Origin: Octopus sinensis
Taxonomy: Eukaryota
Direction: 5' to 3'
NCBI RefSeq assembly: GCF_006345805.1
Contig: NC_043006.1
Span: forward strand, 78,926,001-78,990,000
DNA: 64,000 nucleotides
The notes under the pieces are model-generated. The model was not told where the DNA came from, searched no databases, and saw only the letters and a list, made by a program, of their open reading frames with translations. Positions 60,014 to 64,000 of this stretch are shown piece after piece. The stretch's first letter is position 1, and each line of letters begins with the position of its first letter. The position numbers and the translations under genes were made by a program.

Positions 60014-60157
60014 TCTTTCCATTTCATCCTCACCATGAAATACGAATTCAAATGATAATTTACCAAAATCAATAAAACCAGTGAACGTACTTCAGGAAAT
60101 GTGACTGCCGAAGATATCCTAAGAAAAGCCGTTATTGACGATTTGAAGTTCGACCTC
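738..60157 (+). CDS. Partial 28-exon gene for a large SVEP1/Uninflatable-like extracellular mosaic protein (CCP, HYR, Ephrin_rec_like, EGF, PAN, WxxW, LamG/pentraxin)
   Basis: 28 exons with canonical AG/GT boundaries. Splice phases match across all 27 junctions and give one open frame of 4718 nt (phase-1 start, phase-0 end). Cys patterns match the named domains. No start or stop codon in the window. Confidence 0.9.
1785..2100 (+). repeat. Unclassified about 300-bp dispersed repeat (second copy about 56195-56500; partial copy about 2140-2200)
   Basis: Shared CACCTACACT..AAATAAGAGCTAAA...CAACGCACATATAATTGT...CCGTACAGTTTCAGATTTAG. Confidence 0.75.
2526..2765 (+). CDS. Exon 2: HYR domain
   Basis: tttag|AT GTT...GAA G|gtaag; [12 protein letters not shown]...FTDNSG...[22 protein letters not shown]; 240 nt, phase 1-1. 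Confidence 0.93.
3063..3162. other. Assembly gap (100 N)
   Basis: Run of N. Confidence 1.
3230..3805 (+). repeat. Purine-rich (GAAA/GGAA/GA)n low-complexity tract
   Basis: About 575 bp almost entirely A/G; source of spurious K/E/R-rich and F/L/S-rich ORFs. Confidence 0.95.
4270..4590 (-). mobile_element. SINE family D (tRNA head + CORE-like block; possibly octopus OR2-like)
   Basis: Reverse strand carries GTGTCCTTGAGCAAGACACTTTA...TTGCTCCAGTCCAC. Other copies at about 44670-45000 (-), 50760-50955 (-) and 32905-33045 (+, partial). Confidence 0.8.
4682..5099. mobile_element. MITE with 21-bp perfect TIRs and 8-bp TSD
   Basis: TIR GGATCTTTTCGGTTTGACCGG at both ends; TSD ATTATTTC at 4674-4681 and 5100-5107. 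Confidence 0.9.
5171..5388 (+). CDS. Exon 3: unnamed (possibly SEA-like) domain, part 1
   Basis: ttttcag|TC ATA AAC...TCA CAG|gttatg; open frame [17 protein letters not shown]...LEGSQ; phase 1-0 fits exon 4; absent from the ORF track (no Met). Confidence 0.85.
5512..5996 (+). mobile_element. SINE family A (tRNA-like head, GTGGATTTGGTAGACGGAAACTGAAAGAAGCCCGTCG block, internal microsatellite, conserved tail)
   Basis: Near-full copies also at about 33920-34730, 37830-38290, 39755-40160, 46930-47295 (+) and 50400-50712 (-). Halves at about 9420-9605, 19480-19670 (-), 60190-60350 and 62960-63180. Confidence 0.88.
6655..7030 (-). mobile_element. R4/Dong-like non-LTR retrotransposon 3-prime end
   Basis: Reverse translation [14 protein letters not shown]...[10 protein letters not shown]...[16 protein letters not shown] (restriction-like endonuclease C-terminus); ends in (AAC)n. 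Confidence 0.8.
7040..8085 (+). mobile_element. Tx1/L1-clade LINE 3-prime fragment (degraded ORF2 C-terminus)
   Basis: Across frames: [22 protein letters not shown]...CPRC...TVLHAIIQC (zf-RVT-like), then [10 protein letters not shown]; stops and frameshifts. Confidence 0.75.
8111..8666 (-). mobile_element. About 550-bp non-coding interspersed repeat (family E) ending in (AAT)n
   Basis: Clearly homologous to 18319-18863 and 59432-59967; partial copies at about 10510-10600 and 17749-17794. Confidence 0.88.
9766..10012 (+). CDS. Exon 4: unnamed domain, part 2, leading into Cys-rich GCC2/GCC3 region
   Basis: tttcag|GTC GTG ATA...CAC TGC G|gtatgt; [10 protein letters not shown]...[18 protein letters not shown]; phase 0-1. 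Confidence 0.88.
12754..12921 (+). CDS. Exon 5: Ephrin_rec_like (GCC2/GCC3) repeat
   Basis: VKCPLGSYG...[39 protein letters not shown]; AG/GT, 168 nt, phase 1-1. Confidence 0.93.
13067..13936. mobile_element. piggyBac-like non-autonomous element
   Basis: TTAA on both sides (13063-13066, 13937-13940); imperfect TIRs CCCTTCAACGGCGGA / CCTTTAAACGGCGGA; internal duplicated block at about 13410-13500 and 13710-13810. Confidence 0.78.
14810..15264 (+). mobile_element. RTE-clade LINE insertion with inverted 5-prime part
   Basis: Minus-strand RT piece ([12 protein letters not shown]...[17 protein letters not shown]) joined to plus-strand C-terminus ([20 protein letters not shown]) and 3-prime UTR; 11-bp TSD AAATTGGCAGA. 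Confidence 0.88.
15420..16221 (+). mobile_element. Degraded mariner (Tc1/mariner) transposon
   Basis: GETAAKT...[29 protein letters not shown]...LRMK (mariner HTH region); right TIR ...TTTTGGGTACCCCCTCG followed by TA. Confidence 0.85.
18319..18863 (-). mobile_element. Family E repeat, full copy between two (ATT)n tracts
   Basis: Same sequence as 8111-8666; (ATT)n on both flanks. Confidence 0.88.
19005..19172 (+). CDS. Exon 6: Ephrin_rec_like (GCC2/GCC3) repeat
   Basis: ttacag|CG CAG TGT; [53 protein letters not shown]; G|gtaagt; same length as exon 5 (168 nt). Confidence 0.93.
20413..20499 (+). CDS. Exon 7: EGF1
   Basis: [29 protein letters not shown]; ttttcag|...G|gttagt; phase 1-1. Confidence 0.9.
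20540..20810 (-). repeat. Unclassified dispersed repeat (second copy about 52780-53050 on plus strand)
   Basis: Shared TTTCAGGAACAATA(G/A)TGGTTTATTG...ATCGAAG(T/A)ACGAT(A/G)AGCTGAAAAA. Confidence 0.65.
20830..21745 (-). mobile_element. Penelope-like element fragment (RT, thumb, linker)
   Basis: Reverse translation FDVTMGS...GLYLD..., [10 protein letters not shown]...YFPYHKP...[11 protein letters not shown]...VRIGFS. Confidence 0.85.
21982..22095 (+). CDS. Exon 8: end of EGF1 and EGF2
   Basis: [38 protein letters not shown]; cag|...G|gtacgt. Confidence 0.9.
22673..22802 (+). CDS. Exon 9: end of EGF2 and EGF3
   Basis: [44 protein letters not shown]; phase 1-2. Confidence 0.9.
22980..23290 (+). 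mobile_element. SINE family C (tRNA-derived head GGCCCAGTGGTTAGGGCAGCGGACTC; possibly OR1-like)
   Basis: A-box/B-box-like head. Other copies at 32348-32727, 33148-33215 (head only) and 63615-63850. Confidence 0.85.
25129..25262 (+). CDS. Exon 10: EGF4
   Basis: [44 protein letters not shown]; phase 2-1. Confidence 0.92.
25581..26480 (-). mobile_element. Degraded Chapaev3-like (CMC superfamily) transposase fragment
   Basis: Reverse translation [16 protein letters not shown]...AENYSDIV...[37 protein letters not shown]...LADY; stops and deletion. The family name is from memory and the left boundary is firmer than the right. Confidence 0.75.
27745..27954 (+). CDS. Exon 11: calcium-binding-type EGF5 and first five Cys of EGF6
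   Basis: [34 protein letters not shown]...[11 protein letters not shown]...CSCNEDYTY; phase 1-1. Confidence 0.92.
28070..28345 (+). mobile_element. Second Helitron-like repeat family (copy at about 1470-1752 on minus strand)
   Basis: Shared ATGTGGGA(A/G)ATTCTGTCTGTG...TGAAACTTGACAC...CCAAGGGAAATAACCCATCCATT between the two loci. Confidence 0.65.
28351..28732 (+). mobile_element. Non-autonomous Helitron-like element
   Basis: A|TC start, GC-rich subterminal motif GCAATGCCGGGCG, CTAG|T end, no TSD. Confidence 0.75.
29702..29938 (+). CDS. Exon 12: PAN/Apple-like domain
   Basis: tttag|CC GAG GTC TGT; VC...[26 protein letters not shown]...CC...KHC, with PAN-type CxxxCxxxxxC core; phase 1-1, 237 nt. 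Confidence 0.87.
30146..30219 (+). CDS. Exon 13: N-terminal part of Mucin2_WxxW-like domain
   Basis: ttcag|AG AAT TAT TGG AGT CCG TGG; [25 protein letters not shown]|gtaagt; phase 1-0. Confidence 0.82.
31156..31361. mobile_element. Mariner-type MITE (about 205 bp); second copy at about 54335-54555
   Basis: TA-CGAGGGGGTG...TTTTCAGCACCCTCTTG-TA termini; internal homology between the two copies. Confidence 0.75.
31847..32042 (+). CDS. Exon 14: C-terminal part of WxxW-like domain
   Basis: [18 protein letters not shown]...C...C...[10 protein letters not shown], matching the WxxW pattern CxxPxxIECR...CxDYxxRFxC; phase 0-1. Confidence 0.85.
33576..33794 (+). CDS. Exon 15: probable end of EGF6 (VMDQKQC), EGF7, EGF8
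   Basis: [24 protein letters not shown]...[27 protein letters not shown]; phase 1-1. Confidence 0.92.
34140..34284. repeat. Perfect palindrome, 72-bp arms with 1-nt spacer
   Basis: 34140-34211 is the exact reverse complement of 34213-34284. Confidence 0.92.
35200..35760 (+). mobile_element. SINE family B tandem cluster (head GGCGAGCTGGCAGAA, central GCCTTTCATCCTTTCGGGGTCGATAAA block)
   Basis: Three head-to-tail units. Dispersed copies at about 17215, 19845, 20090, 39305, 56580, 58115 (+) and 31550, 48700, 49420, 52010 (-). Confidence 0.85.
36237..36470 (-). mobile_element. Penelope-type terminal repeat fragment in (TA)n, carrying a minimal hammerhead motif
   Basis: Reverse strand GTTT-CCGACGA-A-GAGC-TCC-GCTC-GAAAC-GTT-AAAC; (TA)n on both flanks. 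Confidence 0.7.
36355..36390 (-). ncRNA. Minimal type-I hammerhead ribozyme-like motif (U4C variant)
   Basis: Stem I GUUU/AAAC, core CCGACGA...GAAA, stem II GAGC/GCUC, palindromic ACGU stem III, GUU triplet. Confidence 0.55.
36748..36878 (+). CDS. Exon 16: EGF9
   Basis: [44 protein letters not shown]|gtaagt; phase 1-0. Confidence 0.92.
38600..39000 (+). repeat. Compound (TATG/TACG)n microsatellite just upstream of exon 17
   Basis: Direct reading. Confidence 0.95.
39051..39244 (+). CDS. Exon 17: calcium-binding-type EGF10 and EGF11
   Basis: [37 protein letters not shown]...[10 protein letters not shown]; phase 0-2. Confidence 0.93.
40910..41037 (+). CDS. Exon 18: end of EGF11 and EGF12
   Basis: [43 protein letters not shown]; phase 2-1. 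Confidence 0.9.
41231..42445 (+). mobile_element. 5-prime-truncated R4/Dong-like non-LTR retrotransposon embedded in (AAT)n
   Basis: [28 protein letters not shown]...[10 protein letters not shown]...[44 protein letters not shown]; frameshifts; (AAT)n on both sides. Confidence 0.9.
42491..42620 (+). mobile_element. Second R4/Dong-like fragment stacked behind the first
   Basis: [42 protein letters not shown]. Confidence 0.8.
42780..43460. repeat. Long degenerate (TA)n tract
   Basis: Direct reading; similar tracts at about 22190-22600 and 62290-62930. Confidence 0.95.
44141..44254 (+). CDS. Exon 19: end of EGF12 and EGF13
   Basis: [38 protein letters not shown]; phase 1-1. Confidence 0.92.
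46064..46171 (+). CDS. Exon 20: end of EGF13 and degenerate 3-Cys EGF/linker
   Basis: [36 protein letters not shown]; AAG|gtaaga donor, with an alternative in-frame donor after 46129. Confidence 0.82.
47300..47596 (+). repeat. (ATT)n microsatellite abutting the exon 21 acceptor
   Basis: Direct reading. Confidence 0.95.
47605..47770 (+). CDS. Exon 21: LamG/pentraxin domain, part 1
   Basis: [13 protein letters not shown]...[22 protein letters not shown]; phase 1-2. Confidence 0.88.
48030..48359 (+). mobile_element. 5-prime-truncated CR1-clade LINE
   Basis: QGHSEKL...[21 protein letters not shown]...FKVSLD* followed by a (TAAC)n tail. Confidence 0.85.
48582..48680 (+). mobile_element. R4/Dong-like 3-prime UTR only, in (AAT)n
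   Basis: Matches about 42360-42445 (GAGTTTCTTTGCCCTA..AGTCGGGAAGACACTCGGCA). Confidence 0.75.
49031..49270 (+). CDS. Exon 22: LamG/pentraxin domain, part 2
   Basis: ...[26 protein letters not shown], carrying the INDGxWHxV motif; phase 2-2. Confidence 0.9.
51099..51343 (+). CDS. Exon 23: LamG/pentraxin domain, part 3
   Basis: LLVILGCHF...[16 protein letters not shown]...VYGW; TCG A|gtaaga; phase 2-1. Confidence 0.87.
52389..52523 (+). CDS. Exon 24: HYR domain, first half
   Basis: tttcag|GT CAA AAA ACA CCA; [15 protein letters not shown]...[21 protein letters not shown]|gt; the ORF track shows only the antisense frame. Confidence 0.87.
53769..53864 (+). CDS. Exon 25: HYR domain, second half
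   Basis: [32 protein letters not shown]; phase 1-1. Confidence 0.9.
54085..54258. repeat. Imperfect hairpin, 63-bp arms (58/63 identical), 48-nt loop
   Basis: 54085-54147 versus reverse complement of 54196-54258. Confidence 0.85.
55685..55720 (-). ncRNA. Minimal hammerhead ribozyme-like motif
   Basis: Reverse strand TTT-CTGAAGA-A-GAG-CTTAAA-CTC-GAAA-T-GTC-AAA. Confidence 0.5.
55818..55908 (+). repeat. (GATA)n microsatellite
   Basis: Direct reading. Confidence 0.95.
57015..57218 (+). CDS. Exon 26: Sushi/CCP domain
   Basis: [14 protein letters not shown]...CTMSCNPGH...[11 protein letters not shown]...FPYCG; phase 1-1. Confidence 0.92.
57826..58072 (+). CDS. Exon 27: second unnamed post-CCP domain
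   Basis: [22 protein letters not shown]...[17 protein letters not shown]...LKNV AG|gtaagt; phase 1-2. Confidence 0.87.
59040..59360 (+). mobile_element. R4/Dong-like 3-prime end in (AAT)n
   Basis: [14 protein letters not shown]...[12 protein letters not shown]...[15 protein letters not shown] followed by (AAT)n. Confidence 0.85.
59432..59967 (+). mobile_element. Family E repeat, opposite orientation
   Basis: Reverse complement of 18319-18863; followed by (AAT)n. Confidence 0.88.
60082..60157 (+). CDS. Exon 28 (tentative): continuation of unnamed domain
   Basis: ccag|T GAA CGT ACT...GAC CTC|gtaagt; [26 protein letters not shown]. Phase fits exon 27 and the donor is strong, but the acceptor is weak. 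Confidence 0.6.
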
Positions 60158-60409
60158 GTAAGTTTAAATAATAATCACATTTTTTTTAAGTAGGAGTGTT
60201 TGTGTGGTAAGTAGCTTGCTTACGAGCCACATGGTTCCGGATTCAGCTCCACTGTGTGGCACCTTGGGCAAATATCTTCTACTATAACCACGGGCCGACC
60301 AAAGCCTCGTGAGTGGATTTGGTAGACGGACTGAAAGAAGCCCGTTGTTCTATGTACTTTATATGTACTATATATTTATATATTTTTCCCTTATATATAT
60401 ATAATATAT

Positions 60410-60449
<40 letters not shown>

Positions 60450-60450
<1 letters not shown>

Positions 60451-61229
60451 GCGATTACGCATTAAAGAATAGTGGATTCTCTGAGAAGATCCAATACAGC
60501 CAGCTTAATGCTGATAATAATGCTGCACGAAGAACTAGGACCAGGAAAGTTTTGTGGTTCAACCCGGCTTTCAATTTGGCCGTAAAGACTAATATAGGTA
60601 AGGAATTTTTGAGATTAGTCTCTAAGCATTTTAAGCAGGGCCATAAATTCTATAGGATATTTAATAGAAGAACCCTGAAGGTTAGCTATTCTTGTTTCAG
60701 AAATTTCGCCTCTTACGTTAGCCAGCATAATAGGAATCTGATTGAGATTAGACATGGTGCCGAGCCCATTAAGAAATGAAATTGCAAAAACGAAAACTCC
60801 TGTCTGTTAGAAGGGAAATGTCTAGTGAAAGGAGTAGTTTATAGAGCCAAGGTGCAAATAGAAGGCTCATCGGAATACAAGACATATACAGGGGCTTCAG
60901 AAAATTCATTTAAAACACGATTTTATTCACATAAAAATTCATTTAGATACCCAAAGAATAGGAAGAGGACCAGCCTAGCAAAATATGTCTGGGAACTAAA
61001 AGAAAAGGAAACCTCACCTTTCAACGTGACATGGAGCATTCTGGACAGAGCGGCACCATACAGGCATGGAGCGCGCAGAAATAATTTTAAATGCAAGCTT
61101 TGCCTATTAGAGAAACTGTATATTTTATTCAAAGACAATAATTCTTTAAATCAAAGAAGTGAGCTAATGAACTTATGTAGACACGCAACCAAATTTAAAA
61201 TGTCAAATATAAATATACCATATGGATAG
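60450..61229 (+). mobile_element. Penelope-like element: linker and GIY-YIG endonuclease region
   Basis: RKVLWFNPAFN..VKTNIGKEFL..KVSYSC..NC...C.LEGKC..GVVYRA..YTGASENSFKTRF..SLAKYVWELK..CKLCLLEK..LNQRSEL..CRH; one frame with one in-frame stop at 60777-60779. Confidence 0.9.
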
Positions 61230-62288
61230 AGTATATATATTTGTATTTTTGATTTTTGAATTTTGATTTTGATCTTGGACTAGTATGTAACGCGCGATGG
61301 ATTTGTTTCACGCTATGCAGATTTCATTCCGTATAGCAAAGTCTCATGCATATATTTTGCTTTTTTGTTTATATTCTACATATACATTAGGAAAAACCTT
61401 CGGCTTTGTTTATTTCATGTTATTGTATTGTATAGGCTTACCTTGATTTTTAATTTATAGATGATCCAAAATAGGGTGTTATATTTTATATGTCTTTCGT
61501 ATATTTTTCATTATTGCACTCACCTTTTTTTAAAAAGCAATGTTGTCAAAAATTAGAATTTTGATGTAAATATGTGTATAGCCATGGATATATATTTGTA
61601 AGCATGCGTCTCTGTGTACGTGTAAGTGAGCGTATGTTTGTGCTTAAGCACACACATACACGACTGTATGTGTATGTATCCATTCGAACTTGTGTATTTG
61701 TATACTTGTCTCCATATATTTCAATAACGCGGTTACGCAGCTTGTATACATAATTTCTTTTATTTCGTTTTTCCCCCACCCTCCTTTTCTTTTTTCTTTC
61801 TCCCCTTCTTCGTTCCTTTTTCTCTCTCTTCCTTTTTCTTCGTTTTTTTCTCTAACTGATACTGATACAACTTTACGTCCCCCTTACTTAAGCTTTACTC
61901 CGTAAATAAGAACGCTACATTAGCATCGATGATTTTAACTTGCGTGCAAGATAGATTGCGTACATATATGTATGCATGCATTTGTGTGTATATTTTAGAT
62001 TTATATTTATACGTCTGTATATGTATGGCGTTTGCACGCATCCTTCTGTGTATGTTGATATATATATGTACACTTTAATATGAATATGTATTGCAGTGTA
62101 ATATTTATAATGCGTTTTATTTCCATGCATTAATTATATTTTCTTCATTAACGTCCATATGTATTTTATTCAATGTAAGGTTTTTTCCTCGAATTTTATA
62201 AGTTTTATAGTTTTTATAATTTTTTTATATATATATATACATATATTTTTGAGCTCATTTTTTGTTTATCGCTCGAAGATGGCCGTTA

Positions 62289-62319
<31 letters not shown>

Positions 62320-62457
62320 ATGTATATATGTATGTATATATATATGTATATGGTATATGTATATAGTATACGTATTGATGTTTATTATATGTATATATAT
62401 ATATATGTATATATATTATATATATGTATTGTATGTATATATAAGTATGTATATATG

Positions 62458-62490
<33 letters not shown>

Positions 62491-64000
62491 GTATATATGT
62501 ATGTATATCTGTATGTATATATATATATATTATATATTATGTATATATGTATGTATATATGTATGTATATATATATATAATATATATATATATATATGTA
62601 TATATGTATATATGTATTGTATATATATATATATATATATGTAATATTAGATACATAATATATATATATATATATGATATTATATGTATGTATATATATA
62701 TTATTATATACATGCATATATAGATAAATATATATATATATATGTATTATGTATGTATATATATAATATATATATATGTATGTATGTATATATATGTATA
62801 TATGTATGTATGTATTATATATATATATATTTTATGTATACGTATATACTATATATGTATGTATGTATATATTATATATGTATGTATATATATGTATGTG
62901 TGTATATATGTATATAGATATATATATATGTGGTGTGTGGTGTGGTGTGTGTGTTGTGTGTGTGTGTGTGTGTTTGTGTGTCTGTGTTTGTCCCCTAACA
63001 TCGCCTGACAACCGATGCTGGTGTGTCTACGTCCCCGTAACTTAGCGGTTCGGTAAAAGATCCCGATAGAATAAGTACTAGGCTTACAAAGAATAAGTCC
63101 TGGGGTCGATTTGCTCGACTAAAGGCGGTACTCCAGCATGGCCACAGTCAAATGACTGAAACAAGTGAAAGAGTAAAAGAGTATATATTAGCGACAAACG
63201 CAGTATGAACGCCAAGAGGTGATATTTTTGTCCGTCTCAGGTTGTTAAAAGGCAAACAAGACCCAGTAATAATCCTTTCTACTATAGGCAGGAAGTAAAA
63301 AAACAACTAATATTTATTCCTACTTAAGCATGGATGTTGAATTAGAACAAACTTTACTACGGTAGTTACCATGAGATAAACTCTCGTACTGGTTCTTCTG
63401 CTGCAAAATACACCAGACTACAAGTAGGAGACACTTGTCGAAGGTGCCACGCAGTGGAACTGAACCTGGAACAATATGGTTGGGAAGAAAATTAGCAGAG
63501 ATGTTAAAATATCTCAGTAACATTTTTACAGCATTTCATTTGTGTCTCTATATTTGAAATTGAAGCACTACCTACGATTAAGATCGATTTTCGTCCGTCT
63601 AAGTTCGTTAAAGTGGAGGCCCAGTGGCTAGGGCAGCGGATTTGCGGTCGGAGGATCGCGGTTTCGATTCCCAGACCGGGCGTTGTGTGTGTTTATTGAG
63701 CGAAAAGACCTAAAAGCTCCACGAGACTCCGGCATGAGGTGGTGGTGACCCCTGTTGTACTCTTTCGCCACAACTTTCTCTCACTCACACACGTCATAGA
63801 AACCGGGAAACCGGGCCCATGAGCCTGGCTAGGCTTGAAAAGGGCGAAAGAAGTTCGCTAAAAAAACAAATAAGTGCTAGTAATAACCCTTTCCACTATA
63901 GTAAAGGCACAAAGACCGAATAATTGGGTGGGGGGCGTCAAAGGGTCGTATTCTATTACATCGACCAGTGTTCAACTGGCATTTATTTCATTGACCAACA

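Noticed and set aside
60158-64000. Further host exons after exon 28
   Set aside because: Candidate acceptors near 61460 and 63328 give no phase-0 open frame with plausible protein; the next exon probably lies beyond the window.

Overview
AT-rich eukaryotic DNA, dense in microsatellites and SINEs. The repeat content suggests an octopus/cephalopod (inference). The whole window lies inside one large plus-strand gene. I traced 28 GT-AG coding exons by hand (738-60157; 4718 nt, about 1570 aa) with matching splice phases and no stops; neither the start nor the end of the gene is in the window. The product is a large extracellular mosaic protein of the SVEP1/Uninflatable/fibropellin type: CCP - HYR - unnamed domain - 2x Ephrin_rec_like (GCC2/GCC3) - 6 EGF - PAN/Apple - Mucin2_WxxW-like - 7 EGF - degenerate EGF - LamG/pentraxin - HYR - CCP - unnamed domain. 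The best protein-level observation is that the PAN+WxxW cassette (exons 12-14) appears to be inserted inside the last disulfide loop of EGF6. The introns hold at least four tRNA-derived SINE families with swapped tails, R4/Dong-like, Tx1/L1, RTE, CR1 and Penelope-like retroelement fragments, minimal hammerhead-like motifs, mariner, piggyBac-like, Chapaev-like and Helitron-like DNA elements, a perfect 136-bp inverted repeat around exon 10, and a perfect 145-bp palindrome. There is one 100-N assembly gap (3063-3162). No rRNA, true tRNA gene or CRISPR array was seen. Repeat family names come from recalled motifs, not database searches, and repeat boundaries are approximate unless a target-site duplication (TSD) is given.
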